A DNA stretch of 64,000 nucleotides from Sedimentisphaerales bacterium (GCA_963663965.2 CAXXFK010000028.1:256001-320000), one strand, 5' to 3'. Positions 9,899 through 20,973 are shown, counted from the stretch's first letter. The notes: a model not told the origin generated them from the sequence alone. Program-made: numbers and translations.

Positions 9899-10471
9899 AT
9901 GAAACGTATCAATTTGGCAATTAGCGAAACGGACCTGACCAACCTGATTTATCAGGCGGGTCATGATAGCGCGGCCTTTGCCGAGCTATACCGTTTGCAT
10001 TATGAAATGGTATTTCGCTATTGTTCTCGCAGGTTGTACAACCGCCATACCGCGGAAGATGTCACCTCCACGGTATTCTTTAAAGCGATGCGAAAGATTC
10101 ATTCTTTTAAAGGAAATCCAAATGATTTTCGCAACTGGCTGTATCGTATTGCGACCAATGCCATTAATGATTATCTGAGAACCGCCCAAAAGCGATCCGA
10201 CGCTATTCATTCCGTGGTTCAGGAATACGGCAGCAGCCATGAATCCTCCGATCAATCGGATGATGACTTTGAAGCAGTGAATCGGATCATCAAACAGGCC
10301 GTCTTGCGACTGAGCCCCAAATACCAGACTGTCATCACCTTGCGTTATTTTGAAAAAATGAAATTAACCGAAATTGCCGGGATATTAGCAAGTAAACCAG
10401 CTACGATTCGAGGCCGGCTTTCACGCGCGTTAGATGCTTTGCGAAAAGAGTTGAAAGCTGTGCCGCGATGA
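9899..10471 (+). CDS. ECF RNA polymerase sigma factor
   Basis: Region 2 AEDVTSTVFFKA...FRNWLYRIATN and region 4 VITLRYFEKMKLTEIAGIL...TIRGRLSRA. Start could be 9863 or 9899. Confidence 0.9.
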   Translation: MKRINLAISETDLTNLIYQAGHDSAAFAELYRLHYEMVFRYCSRRLYNRHTAEDVTSTVFFKAMRKIHSFKGNPNDFRNWLYRIATNAINDYLRTAQKRSDAIHSVVQEYGSSHESSDQSDDDFEAVNRIIKQAVLRLSPKYQTVITLRYFEKMKLTEIAGILASKPATIRGRLSRALDALRKELKAVPR

Positions 10472-10489
10472 GAACCGTGAGAGATTAAG

Positions 10490-11755
10490 ATGAAGGACTT
10501 AGATCACAATTTAGAGCAAATTTTAGAACGGGTCACGTTCGATGATTCTCCGGACCAGCAACATCAATACCTGCTCGAACAGAAACTTCTTCTTAATTAC
10601 CCATCGGTTCAGGCCCGGCATCATGCTAAATGGAGACTGATCATGAATAATAAGATAGTAAAATTAGCGACTGCTGCGGTAGTGTTGATCGGTGTATTTG
10701 CCGGTTTCAAAATGTTTAAGGGCACCGGCGGTGTCAGCTGGGCCCAGGTTCGTCAACAGGTAGCGGCCGTCAAGGCGGTTTTGTATCGGGCCACCATAAC
10801 CGGAATGGAACGGGGCCAGCCGTTCGAAGCGCGTCTGGAAGCCATTCAGACCGACGAGTTTGGAACACGTATGGATCTGTACATGGAAGATCAACTGGTC
10901 AACCGGTCATTTTCGCTGGTCCGGGAACAATCTCATATTTCACTGTACCCGGCTCAAAAAAGGTATATCGAAGTTGAGCTGACCGATAAAATTAAACAGC
11001 AGAATGGCGATCCCAAACTTATGGTGGAGGCGTTCTTGAAAGGCAGCTACCGGAAACTGGGCCGTAGTGAGATTGACGGTGTCGCGGTCGAAGGAATTGA
11101 AACACATGATATTTCACCCACGGCAGGATTTCCGGGTGGACCGGAAATTTTAGGGGCAGTGGAAGATGAATTTCCCGGTGAAGTTGTCGGCTGTTTATGG
11201 GTCGATGTCACCACCGGCTGGCCGGTTAAAGTCACACTCGACCTGACCGATCCGAGCGGTCAGGATCGGGCCACGATTGAGATCGGCGCGTTTCAATGGA
11301 ATGCCGTAGTGGATGGCAGCGAGTTTGCATCGGTGATTCCGGATGGATATCAATTGATGTACACATTAAAAGCCGGGCGTCTGGAGAGTGGCGAACAACT
11401 GGCCGAAGGGCTGGCTTATTTCGCTCAACTGACCGGCGGCCGATATCCTGACCAGTTGACAATTGGGGGCATTATTGGAGAAATCGGCAAGATTTACCAG
11501 GAGCGAAAGGGGGATGCCTCGTTCCGCGTCGATGACGGCCAGATTGTCAACCTGAAGTATGGCGCCCAGTACACCGAAAAACTGAAAGCTCAGGGCAAAC
11601 AACCGGTGTATTACGGTCAGACCGTCCAGGCCGGCGACAGCAATAAAGTATTGCTTCGCTGGAAGCTGGATGGCGGCAACTACCGGGTGATCTTCGGTGA
11701 TTTGAGGATCGAAGATATCGATGCCGCTCGTCTTGAAGCGTTGGAAACCCAATAA
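10490..11755 (+). CDS. Putative anti-sigma factor (single TM, LolA-like periplasmic domain)
   Basis: Immediately follows the ECF sigma. Short cytoplasmic N-terminus, TM segment, then LGRSEIDG...LWVDVTTGWPVKV. Confidence 0.65.
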   Translation: MKDLDHNLEQILERVTFDDSPDQQHQYLLEQKLLLNYPSVQARHHAKWRLIMNNKIVKLATAAVVLIGVFAGFKMFKGTGGVSWAQVRQQVAAVKAVLYRATITGMERGQPFEARLEAIQTDEFGTRMDLYMEDQLVNRSFSLVREQSHISLYPAQKRYIEVELTDKIKQQNGDPKLMVEAFLKGSYRKLGRSEIDGVAVEGIETHDISPTAGFPGGPEILGAVEDEFPGEVVGCLWVDVTTGWPVKVTLDLTDPSGQDRATIEIGAFQWNAVVDGSEFASVIPDGYQLMYTLKAGRLESGEQLAEGLAYFAQLTGGRYPDQLTIGGIIGEIGKIYQERKGDASFRVDDGQIVNLKYGAQYTEKLKAQGKQPVYYGQTVQAGDSNKVLLRWKLDGGNYRVIFGDLRIEDIDAARLEALETQ

Positions 11756-11788
11756 TACCTGTATAGAGTTTATCAACTCATGACTGAC

Positions 11789-11828
11789 AGGGGCGGTTCT
11801 GCTTGGAGAACCGCCCTTGGGTTTATTT
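11789..11828 (+). terminator. Rho-independent terminator
   Basis: GGGCGGTTCT/AGAACCGCCC stem followed by T-rich sequence. Confidence 0.6.
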
Positions 11829-11967
11829 AGTCTGAAAACGTAGCTATACCAAATATTTTTTGTTTCGACGAACAAAGACTGGAGGAAGTAACCCTGTCAT
11901 GATTATAAGTTCGCGCAAAAAAGGTATTTATCTCAATTACCCCCCCTTTCCCACTTGTTTTTTTTCT

Positions 11968-11997
11968 TTGACTCTGCGACAGACAATTTGGTATCAT
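11968..11997 (+). promoter_or_regulatory. Putative sigma70 promoter with extended -10
   Basis: TTGACT-18 nt-TATCAT with a TGn extension, upstream of the 1391-aa gene. Confidence 0.4.
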
Positions 11998-12019
11998 ATT
12001 AATATCTTATCAAAAGTTA

Positions 12020-12051
12020 GGGTGCCTCTAAAAATTGTTTTAGAGTCGCCC
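12020..12051. repeat. Short palindrome resembling fused MITE termini
   Basis: GGGTGCCTCTAAAA-attg-TTTTAGAGTCGCCC, similar to the ends of the 59678 element. Confidence 0.45.
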
Positions 12052-12168
12052 GTTATAATTTCCCCTTTTCTTTGGATGAGTAAGAGGATCATTAAATAAA
12101 CGGAAAAAAGCCGCTTCTGAGCAATCCGAAGCATAAGGCCGTAACAAATTGGTTCCAAAGAGGGTATC

Positions 12169-15100
12169 ATGAAAATGTATTTGGAAAGATGTGTCCTGGC
12201 CTGCCTTGTTACACTGCTGATTGCATCAACCAGTTCAGCGATATTACAGGTCGATTCTTTTGATATATCCCGAGATTATCTAACCGAAGGCGTTGCCGGA
12301 ACGATCTGGGATGGGTTTATCGGATTGGATCCCGGCCAGACGGTTACTGAGTTGAACGCATCACAAACGGCAAGTGGTCGATTATATTTGGCTTCGGTGA
12401 GTTCCCGCTGGGAACCGCCCTGGAATCCACTGGGGCCGTTTTTGTATAAAACTGTCGAAGGAGATTTTACTGCGACGATCAGAGTTATCAATACCTCTTC
12501 GTCAACCTGGAACAGCGCCGGACTCATGGCGCGCGCGGCCGCTGATAGCGCCGGCGGCGCCGGTGAAGATTTCGAATCGATGGAATATTTCTCTGCCATT
12601 AACCAGAATATGGCCAGAACCATCGATAATGGCAGTGAAAGAGAATTCGGATTCACCGGATCGCTGTCACCTTATCTGCGCCTGCGCCGGGTCGGCAACG
12701 ATTTTTACCATGAATACAGCACCGATGGGATAACCTGGGCGACAGTCAGCGGTTCACCGATTACCCGGACGGATCTGGATGGCCTGGCCCTGCAGGTGGG
12801 TATTCATCACGCCACCTACAGCAGCAATCCGGGTTATTGTCAGTTTGATGATTTTTCGCTTGAGATGACTGGCGATGTTTATGAAGCGCAACTGATCGCG
12901 CCGATTGATGGCGCCGAAGGGATTGCCTCGGATGTTATGTTAGAGTGGATTCCCGGCGTGTCGGTTTCGGCCACCGGCGGACACGATCTTTACCTGGGAC
13001 AGGATTTTTCAGCGGTTGAATCGGCATCGAGAACCAGTCATCCCGATGTGACTTATATCAATCTGGATAGTAATAGTTATCATCTGAGCGGGCTTATCCC
13101 GGGAACGACATACTATTGGCGGATCGATGAAGTGAATGGGCCGGATAGCTGGAAAGGAACGGTCTGGAGTTTCACTGTCCAGGGAACCTGCGCTACGGTT
13201 CCCGTTCCCGCCGATGGCGCAACCGATATTGATATGATGACACCGCTGGGCTGGAAAATCGGGCTGGAAGCCGACCGGCATGATCTGTTTTTCGCCGACA
13301 GTTATGAAGCCGTTGCCAATGCCAGGCGGTATCCGGGCGATTTAGACTCTGACGGAAGGGTAGATGGGATCGATCTGACTGGAATGATGATCCAGTGGCT
13401 CGGCGGCGTTTGTAACGGACCGGGTTGTGGCAATATCCATCTGGATACTCAAGTCAACCTGCTGGATTATTCTGTGCTGGCCGGAAACTGGCAGATGGCC
13501 TCCAGTCCGGTATATCGCGGCAGTCAATTTGCTTTGGCTAATACCTACGCACCCGGTTTATTGAATCCGGCAACGACGTATTACTGGCGGGTGGATGAAT
13601 ATGACTACGACGGACTGGGACTCAGTCCGGGTAAGATCTGGAGCTTTAAAACGGCCACCGGTGGTCCACTGGAATTTGGCAGTGATCAATTTGATCTGAC
13701 GTTTGATTTGTCAAAGGGTGGTTTCACCCGCGTGCAACGGTCCGGTGACAGTTTCGCGACCAATTTTGTCAGCGAGCCAGGATGGCTGCTGGGTGATATC
13801 GAAATGACATACCGGCTGGATTCCGGCGCCTGGCGGAATGCGGCTACCGCGACTTCAGAGGATAACCGGTCAATCTCCGTCAGCCGGGAAGACGAAGTTA
13901 CCATAATTGATATGGCTTATCCCACGCCCTCGGTTCAGACTGGCGGTATCAAAGATTTTGCTGTGAACCAGCAGTGGCGATTGAATGGCGACCATTTGCG
14001 ATTGGATGTAACGATAACCAATACTACCGACAGCCGGCTTGAACTGGGCGATCTGGCCTTTATGCTGCCGTTTAACACCAATTATAGCGGGCTGGACACC
14101 GATACCATCCAGACCAAACGGGTGATCCGTCATGGTTATTTTTCCGGGCATGGTTCCCATTGCTACTGGACCCGGGTGAACGGTCAGCCGGACTACCTGG
14201 TGATGACCACGCCGGGCGGCGATACCCGCTTTGAATACTGGGATAATATTGCGGACAGTGACGCAAATTTCAGAGCATATGTCTATTCCGGCGTCGCCGG
14301 ACCGGCGACACCGGGCAACTGGCGTCAGGACCACACGACCAGAATTCTGGCCCCGGATGAGTCGATTAAACTCAGTTTGAATTTTTCCTGGGCCGATACG
14401 CTGCCCGGGGTCAGGGATCGTCTCTATGAAGATGGCGATATCGATATCGAGTGTGTGCCCGGTATGACCATCCCACAGGATCTTCATGCCGTGGTCAAGT
14501 TGCGTACGAAACAAACCATTGATTCACTTTCGGCGGAGTATCCATCGGAGACGACCATCGAATACCTTGGCGAAACGGCTTCGGACACGCATCTCTATCA
14601 GATTGGTTTTGACCATCTGGGTGAAAATATCATTACCGTCAGACACAACGGCACGGAACAGACCATTCTGGAATTTTTCTGTACCGAACCGCTGGAAACC
14701 CTGTACAAGAAACGCGCCTCGCATATGACGACCTTTGAACAGGTTGTCAATACGGCGGTATGGTATGACGGTCTGTTTGGCGAATGGGACTTGCGAAACG
14801 GTGTCTTGCGTACCCCGGATAATACCGATGGCATGGATCTGCCCTGGTGGATGTATGTGATCTGCTGCGATGATCCGGGCAACGCCCATGCCCCGTTCCT
14901 GGCCGGTAAGAACGTCAGGTTCCCGGTCCAGGCGGAAATTGACGCGTTGGAATATCACATTGAACATTATATCTGGGGCGGCCTGCAATATACCGATACT
15001 GAGCTTTCTCCCTATGGCATTCTGGGTGTGCCCAACTGGCAATACAACCGTGAGAACGACCCGGCCCATTACTGGCGCGTGTTCGATTATCCGCATATTG

Positions 15101-16344
15101 CCATGCTGTACTATCACATGTATGAGATCGCGAAATATTACCCGGATATGGTGCATTATCTGGATAAAGAGGGCTATCTGGACCGGGCATACCGGACGGC
15201 GTTGAAATATTTTCAGGTCGCCGACGGCTGGGGCTATATCGTGGGTACCTATAATGAAGTGACCTATGTCAACCTGATCGAATCGTTGCGCCAGGAAGGC
15301 CGGTATGCCCAGGCCGACTCCCTTGAAAAAGAATGGGATGCCAAGGTTAAATATTTCATTTTTGACAAGGACTATCCCTACGGTTCCGAATTCGCGATGG
15401 ATTCGACCGCGTTTGAAAGCACCCATGCCCTGGCGAAATGGGCCCTCGAAAACGAACTGCAGCCGGACACGGAACACCCGGTGATCGACCCGGCCAGGAT
15501 CGAGGAATTCATGCATAACCAGTTGAAAGCGAACCTGGCGGTGCGGGGTTGCATCGAACCGGCATACTATACTTATGGCAGCGATTACCGCATCTGGGGC
15601 CAGACCCGTTACACCCTGAGTTATATGTCGCAGATGGGCGGCTGGGCCGTGCTGGATTACGCGCTGAACCAGACCGATTCACCCTTCGATTATATCCGGC
15701 TGGGTTACGGTTCTTATCTGAGTTCATGGGCGCTGATGAATACGGCTCCGGCGGGCGATAACCCATACTGGTATCCATCGTCGTCCAATGACGGTGCGAT
15801 TGGCTGGGCCTTCAAGCCGGAAAAGAACGGCCCGATCTGGTTGCAGGGACGCAATCTCGATCGCGGGATCTGGTACTATAATGGCGAGATCGACCTGGGC
15901 TTGTGCGGCGCGTTACGGATGGCAAAATCGATTGTGGCCCAGGATCCGGTTTTCGGACTGGTTGGCTTTGGCTGTGATGTTCAGCATAATGGCACAAGCT
16001 ATGAAGTTGTCCTGAAAGATGGCTTGCGCGAATGGCTGGTCATGCATAATCTGGGTTTGGAACTGCGATTGAACCGCGATTCGTTTGCCGCCGGCCGGCC
16101 CGTGCAAATCGATCAAAGTCAAGGCGCTATCGGCTTCACTCTCGAAAACGAATGGCCCGATTCGCATACGACCCTATTCAATATCCGCGGACTGTCAGCC
16201 GGGACTTATCGCATTAAAGTGAACAATACTGAACAATCTACCCTGATAGTGGCCAATCCTGATGATACTATTGCCATTAACCTCGATATCGGTACTGACG
16301 CGACTTATGATGTATGGGTATCGAAAACTGAAGGTGAATATTGA
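12169..16344 (+). CDS. Large secreted multidomain protein: ConA-like domain, YYWRIDE repeats, dockerin-like EF-hand, C-terminal DUF5695-like putative glycoside hydrolase
   Basis: Signal peptide, two TYYWR(I/V)DE...WSF repeats, GDLDSDGRVDGIDL, and WRVFDYPH, YPYGSEFAMDSTAFES and YTLSYMSQMGGW motifs. Confidence 0.7.
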   Translation: MKMYLERCVLACLVTLLIASTSSAILQVDSFDISRDYLTEGVAGTIWDGFIGLDPGQTVTELNASQTASGRLYLASVSSRWEPPWNPLGPFLYKTVEGDFTATIRVINTSSSTWNSAGLMARAAADSAGGAGEDFESMEYFSAINQNMARTIDNGSEREFGFTGSLSPYLRLRRVGNDFYHEYSTDGITWATVSGSPITRTDLDGLALQVGIHHATYSSNPGYCQFDDFSLEMTGDVYEAQLIAPIDGAEGIASDVMLEWIPGVSVSATGGHDLYLGQDFSAVESASRTSHPDVTYINLDSNSYHLSGLIPGTTYYWRIDEVNGPDSWKGTVWSFTVQGTCATVPVPADGATDIDMMTPLGWKIGLEADRHDLFFADSYEAVANARRYPGDLDSDGRVDGIDLTGMMIQWLGGVCNGPGCGNIHLDTQVNLLDYSVLAGNWQMASSPVYRGSQFALANTYAPGLLNPATTYYWRVDEYDYDGLGLSPGKIWSFKTATGGPLEFGSDQFDLTFDLSKGGFTRVQRSGDSFATNFVSEPGWLLGDIEMTYRLDSGAWRNAATATSEDNRSISVSREDEVTIIDMAYPTPSVQTGGIKDFAVNQQWRLNGDHLRLDVTITNTTDSRLELGDLAFMLPFNTNYSGLDTDTIQTKRVIRHGYFSGHGSHCYWTRVNGQPDYLVMTTPGGDTRFEYWDNIADSDANFRAYVYSGVAGPATPGNWRQDHTTRILAPDESIKLSLNFSWADTLPGVRDRLYEDGDIDIECVPGMTIPQDLHAVVKLRTKQTIDSLSAEYPSETTIEYLGETASDTHLYQIGFDHLGENIITVRHNGTEQTILEFFCTEPLETLYKKRASHMTTFEQVVNTAVWYDGLFGEWDLRNGVLRTPDNTDGMDLPWWMYVICCDDPGNAHAPFLAGKNVRFPVQAEIDALEYHIEHYIWGGLQYTDTELSPYGILGVPNWQYNRENDPAHYWRVFDYPHIAMLYYHMYEIAKYYPDMVHYLDKEGYLDRAYRTALKYFQVADGWGYIVGTYNEVTYVNLIESLRQEGRYAQADSLEKEWDAKVKYFIFDKDYPYGSEFAMDSTAFESTHALAKWALENELQPDTEHPVIDPARIEEFMHNQLKANLAVRGCIEPAYYTYGSDYRIWGQTRYTLSYMSQMGGWAVLDYALNQTDSPFDYIRLGYGSYLSSWALMNTAPAGDNPYWYPSSSNDGAIGWAFKPEKNGPIWLQGRNLDRGIWYYNGEIDLGLCGALRMAKSIVAQDPVFGLVGFGCDVQHNGTSYEVVLKDGLREWLVMHNLGLELRLNRDSFAAGRPVQIDQSQGAIGFTLENEWPDSHTTLFNIRGLSAGTYRIKVNNTEQSTLIVANPDDTIAINLDIGTDATYDVWVSKTEGEY

Positions 16345-16353
16345 AATAAAGTA

Positions 16354-17496
16354 TTATTGATTTTGTTCTTGCGGTAAGTGAGCGATGAGCGATTGACAGA
16401 AAGCAACATATTGCGAGTATAAGTTGTGTTGATCCGTGGGTAGATAGTGATTGAAAATCAGCTTGCCAACCCTTGCGTTCCAGTCGCGCGTTGGTGCGGG
16501 GCCTAATTGTCTTGCCTGTTCACGATCGGATTCACTCAAAGGCCAGTCACCATTGTGGGCGTCATAAATTATGCGGCGCAGGTTTTGATAATACTGAAAA
16601 TAATTATATTCACGCAGGAACCGGATCAATGCGTAGACCTGGGCATAATAAGTGTCAACCTGATTGCCGTTCGTTGTGTCATGACCGGAATCGCTCAAAA
16701 CACGCCCGGCGTCGAGCGCCAATAGTTGGTCAATACTAAAGAGCTGGTTCGTATTGACCGCATCACGCAGGGCATACAACCGCCCGGCGTTGGCGGCCGG
16801 TACAAATCGTACACCGCCGTTTTGCCATTGAAAAGCCTCGAATGAGGTGGCCAGTCCTTCATCCAGCCAGGCGGGCAGTCGATAAGTTAGATACCGGTCA
16901 CTGAACTGATGCCAGCCTTCATGCGCGAGAATAGAAAAACTGCTCTGGCGTGACAATTGCCAGGCGACGCAGGCGCCCTTGGTATAATAGGCCCCGGCCC
17001 GTATTTTTAAATAAGTATCCGCGTAAGGGCTCGTATGCTGCCGGGTAAAGGTCTCCCATTCTTCCCGGGTATTAAATAGATAAACCGTCAGGTGGCCGGC
17101 TGGTGCGAGTCTGGCCGGTTCTGTCAACTCGGTATAGGCACGCCAGCAAGACTCCAGAAAAACGGGGACCCGTTTGAGAATGAGCGGATCAGTCAGGGTA
17201 GTGTGAATCCGATAATGGCTGGTGATAATTGTCAGGCCGTCCGGAAAATCTTCCGGACAATTTTCCGGCCCATTCCAGTTGCTGATATTTTTTACCACGG
17301 GTTGTTTTTGCAACAGAGAAATACGCCGGTCTGAAGGTTGTACGGTTGGTTGTGAGGCGCCTTGATGGATACACCCCATCATTCCCGATACCAGTAAAAT
17401 AAAGACTATGACAGCCGCCCATTTCATGCTTATACAGGGTGTATTAAAACCGATTTGCTTACGGCATGGGCGGTATAATGTTTGCCGGGTCATCAC
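16354..17496 (-). CDS. DUF1570-like lipoprotein, putative zinc peptidase
   Basis: Lipobox-like MMGC, AHEGWHQ and PAWLDEGLA. Confidence 0.7.
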   Translation of the reverse strand: MMTRQTLYRPCRKQIGFNTPCISMKWAAVIVFILLVSGMMGCIHQGASQPTVQPSDRRISLLQKQPVVKNISNWNGPENCPEDFPDGLTIITSHYRIHTTLTDPLILKRVPVFLESCWRAYTELTEPARLAPAGHLTVYLFNTREEWETFTRQHTSPYADTYLKIRAGAYYTKGACVAWQLSRQSSFSILAHEGWHQFSDRYLTYRLPAWLDEGLATSFEAFQWQNGGVRFVPAANAGRLYALRDAVNTNQLFSIDQLLALDAGRVLSDSGHDTTNGNQVDTYYAQVYALIRFLREYNYFQYYQNLRRIIYDAHNGDWPLSESDREQARQLGPAPTRDWNARVGKLIFNHYLPTDQHNLYSQYVAFCQSLIAHLPQEQNQ

Positions 17497-18624
17497 TCAG
17501 GCCGTTACCGCCAGCATACGCGCCAGTGCCGTAAGAGCGTCCACTTTATCCGTATCCGGAACAATAATCTGATTGACCAGAACTGATTCATCCCCACTCT
17601 TTTCAAATTCCAATATACAATCCAGAATCCGTGCCAGATGTGGCAGGCCGATCCGCGCCATCGAAAAACACATGCTGTTATCCGGGCTGATCGATCGGAC
17701 CCTGACCCCTTTGGGCGCCATACGCTCGGCCAGCCGGTTAACCAGTTTGATCTCGGTCCCCACGCACCAGGAACTGCCCGGATCGGCCGCTTCAATCGTT
17801 CGGATAATCTGGTCGGTGCTGCCCAACTGGTCGGCCAGATTGCAGACCTCAAATTGACTTTCCGGATGAACGATCACTTTGACATCCGGATCATCCCGGC
17901 GGGCCTGCTCGATCTGTTCCACGGTGAATTTCATGTGAACATGGCAGTGCCCCTTCCAGAGAATCATCCGGCAGGTATCCAGCGCTTCAGTTGGCAGTCC
18001 GCCGCCGGGCGCTTGAGGATCCCAAACCGGCATCTGTTCGAGGCCGACTCCCATGCGACAGGCCGTATTGCGAGCCAGGTGCTGATCGGGCAGGAACAGA
18101 ATAATGGCATCCGGATTTTCAGCCCAGATAGATTCAAAAACCTTACGGCAGTTGCTGGAAGTACAGCACATACCACCATGGCGACCGCAGAACGCCTTGA
18201 TCGCGGCAGTGCTATTAACATAGCATACCGGCACTATCTGTTCGAATCGCGCCATATGATGTTTTAGCCAGGCATGACAGCGTTCAACCTGCAGGATATC
18301 GGCCATATCGGCCATCGGGCAGCCGGCCTGCATTTCGGGCAGATAGACCCGCTGGCGATTATCCGAAAGGATATCCGCCGATTCCGCCATGAAATGAACA
18401 CCGCAGAATACAATATGATTGGCCTGTTTCTGCTGGGCGGCCAGCTGGCTCAAGCGCAGGCTGTCACCGGTAAAATCGACCTGTTCGATGATTTCATCGG
18501 ATTGATAATGATGGCCGAGTATGCACAACTTGTTACCAAGCACCTGCCGGGCTTGTTCGATTTTTTGGGAGAGAGTATCCGAGGTTAAGGATAGATATGA
18601 TTCAAGTGAAAACGGTTGGGTCAT
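17497..18624 (-). CDS. nadA: Quinolinate synthase
   Basis: GHHYQ, GDSLRL, FCGVHFMAESA, AGCPMADMA, YVNSTA, CTSSN, PDQHL, CHVH and VHPE. Confidence 0.95.
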   Translation of the reverse strand: MTQPFSLESYLSLTSDTLSQKIEQARQVLGNKLCILGHHYQSDEIIEQVDFTGDSLRLSQLAAQQKQANHIVFCGVHFMAESADILSDNRQRVYLPEMQAGCPMADMADILQVERCHAWLKHHMARFEQIVPVCYVNSTAAIKAFCGRHGGMCCTSSNCRKVFESIWAENPDAIILFLPDQHLARNTACRMGVGLEQMPVWDPQAPGGGLPTEALDTCRMILWKGHCHVHMKFTVEQIEQARRDDPDVKVIVHPESQFEVCNLADQLGSTDQIIRTIEAADPGSSWCVGTEIKLVNRLAERMAPKGVRVRSISPDNSMCFSMARIGLPHLARILDCILEFEKSGDESVLVNQIIVPDTDKVDALTALARMLAVTA

Positions 18625-18638
18625 CCCGTTGGTCCCTG

Positions 18639-19188
18639 TTAAGATATATCCGAAATGGAATTTTGATTATAAAATTGTTGTCTTTTTTCCAGCATCACCT
18701 GAAGTTCGTCGGCCGTGACCCAGATCAGGGTAAAATCCAGTTTGATAACGGCATGGCGTTCCGGCAGGATCCATTGACGGCACAACGGTGTGAATGCCAG
18801 AATAGTATCGCCGGGGGAGTCGTCAAGGACCATGGTCGGATCATAATCGATAAGCTGGTCCGGCAGGTTACGGGAACCGGCGACCAGTTCGAGAAACTCA
18901 TTCAAGTTGGGCAGACGTCTATTATCCTGATGAAATTCCTGAAGTTGTTTGCCAATCTCAGTCATTTTATTTTCAAACTGCTGATGAACCATGGAGTCAT
19001 GCAGGAAAAAGACCAGGACAATAAATAATACAAAAAAAACCACCCAGGCGAATAAGCCGCATGACCAGTGATTTTCGATACCGGGTATGGCGAGTCCGTT
19101 CAATATTATCCGCTACCTGATGCAGACGTTCCTTCTGCTGTAGTTTTTCCTGCTCTTCTCTGAAAATTGTACTATCGCTGGAATCCAT
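18639..19188 (-). CDS. Hypothetical membrane protein, split by a frameshift near 19055
   Basis: ATG 19188 has a GAGG RBS and reads MDSSDS...RKSLVMRL. It continues in another frame as AWVVFFVLF...; removing one base joins them. Confidence 0.55.
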
Positions 19189-19286
19189 AATTACTACCTC
19201 ATAACGCAATTACCGGACTGATATTACATCAATATTACACTTAAATTATAGCAGATGTGCAAAGCGGATTCAAACTAAAAAATAGT

Positions 19287-19999
19287 TTATAATATATCGC
19301 CCCATGCGACATTGTGCAGGCTTGTGTAAAATTGTTTGATTTTTATTTTTTTGTTTTCAGATAGGCGTGAATCAATCTGTACCCGGCCATCCTTGACGAA
19401 CAGAGATCTGTTGGCATATAGCCGGATAGCCTCGGGATAGGCGATGCATTCCTGCTCGAAAACTCGTGCGGCCAGACTGTCAGGCGTATCATCCGGCAGC
19501 ACCGGGCATTTCCGTTGCAGAATAATCGGGCCGGAATCGTACTCGTTATTGACAAAATGGACCGTACAGCCGCTTTCAGGGCGGCCCGCGGCGACTACCG
19601 CCTCATGCACATGATGGCCCCACATGCCCTGTCCGCCAAAGTCCGGCAGCAGCGCGGGGTGGATATTCATGACCTTGCCTTCCAGTTTCAACGGGGATCT
19701 GCCAGAGACACAACCAGCCGCATTGCACCACCAGATCCACCCGGTCGGCTAGCAGCGCCTTACTAATAGCGGCGCTGAACGCTTCCAGGGTATTGAAATC
19801 TTTTTTGCGGATGATGTGCGGCTCCAACCCCAGTTCCCGGGCCCGGTCATTGCCGGCAATCTCCCGGCGGCTGCTGATCACGCTGACGATCCGGGCGTTC
19901 AAGCGACCGGCGTCAATCTCTTGCTGGATGTTGACCATGGTGCGGCCGCCACCGGAAAGTAAAACGCCTAAACGCAGGGGAGGGGCGGGTTTCTGTCAT
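19287..19999 (-). CDS. purN: Phosphoribosylglycinamide formyltransferase, two apparent +1 frameshifts
   Basis: LRLGVLLSGGGRT, NIHPALLP-FGG-GM-G-HVH, SGCTVHFV and YDSGPII. The frame breaks at C-runs near 19980 and 19693-19696. ATG overlaps the upstream stop (ATGA). Confidence 0.9.
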
Positions 20000-20466
20000 G
20001 GCGTGGCTCCCTGACCAATCAATGCGACGATCTTTTCCAGTTCGGTCGCGTCGGTCTGGTCAAAATGGTTCAGTTCAGTACTGTCGATATCCAAAACGGC
20101 CCAGACCTCGCCGGTGGGGTTCTTGCAGGGCACAACAATTTCGGAATTGGACCGGCTGTCACAGGCGATATGCCCCGGAAACTCATGGACATTGGGCACA
20201 ACCATCGTCTGACGCTGATTCACCCCGGCCCAGCAGACGCCGGTATCTTTTTTTAGGCTCTGACAGGCCAGCGGCCCTTGATAGGGCCCGACCAGCAGCT
20301 GGCCGTCGATGTGCCGGTAAAACCCCGTCCAGAAAAACCCCGGCATTTTATGATGCAGCAAAGCGGCAATCGTCGCCATATGCGAAATCGGATCGCTTAC
20401 TTTCGCGAGCAGTTCCTGTAACTGGGCATAAATTCGCTCGTAACGCTGGGCTTTTTTGTCAGTCAT
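19996..20466 (-). CDS. msrC: GAF-domain protein, free methionine-R-sulfoxide reductase family
   Basis: WTGFY, VGPYQGPLAC, GVC, VHEFPGHIACD, SEIVVP and VLDIDS. Confidence 0.8.
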   Translation of the reverse strand: MTDKKAQRYERIYAQLQELLAKVSDPISHMATIAALLHHKMPGFFWTGFYRHIDGQLLVGPYQGPLACQSLKKDTGVCWAGVNQRQTMVVPNVHEFPGHIACDSRSNSEIVVPCKNPTGEVWAVLDIDSTELNHFDQTDATELEKIVALIGQGATP

Positions 20467-20761
20467 ATTGTCGGAATCTTTTTGTATAACTTTCTGGGGA
20501 ACGATGAGTATGCGAAATGGCTAAGATGATTATAGTATCCTGTTCTGTGGTGTAGAGAATAGCATGAGGAAATCCTTTAATCAAACATCTACGGGTATTT
20601 TTACCAAGCAAGATATAACCACGTGGGAAGATTTTGATTCTCCTGATAGCGCTGTCTACCTCATCAAGGAACCGATCACCTAGACCGGTAAGCTCTTCTT
20701 CGTAATACTGGTAGGCTTCTTCAAGTTCCTGTATTGCAGGAGCCAGATATCTGACATTCAT
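20459..20761 (-). CDS. Type II toxin, RelE/ParE family
   Basis: AIQELEEAYQYYEE..GLGDRFLDEV...RRCLIKGFPHAILY...ILAISH. Confidence 0.85.
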   Translation of the reverse strand: MNVRYLAPAIQELEEAYQYYEEELTGLGDRFLDEVDSAIRRIKIFPRGYILLGKNTRRCLIKGFPHAILYTTEQDTIIILAISHTHRSPESYTKRFRQYD

Positions 20762-20973
20762 TTTCTAAGCCTTTTCATGACTTCATCATGGTCTGTTGCT
20801 TGTAATTCGCCATTTAAATAGGCGGAATATCTGGCTTCAGATTCATTAATCCATTCAGTTTCAATTTGCGGATCGATGGCATCTAATGTCGACAATATAG
20901 CCTCAATCAGTATAAGTTTTTCTGCCGGCTTAAGCGCTGCGGCTTTCTCGGTTAGTTGTTCTAATGTTTCCAT
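20758..20973 (-). CDS. Addiction-module antitoxin (TIGR02574-like)
   Basis: 71 aa with ALKPAEKLILIEAIL...IETEWINESEARY, overlapping the toxin start. Confidence 0.8.
   Translation of the reverse strand: METLEQLTEKAAALKPAEKLILIEAILSTLDAIDPQIETEWINESEARYSAYLNGELQATDHDEVMKRLRK

Noticed and set aside
19287..19999. Programmed frameshifting or true pseudogene in purN
   Set aside because: Two separate single-base insertions at C-runs match the window-wide error pattern, with no slippery heptamer or other decay.
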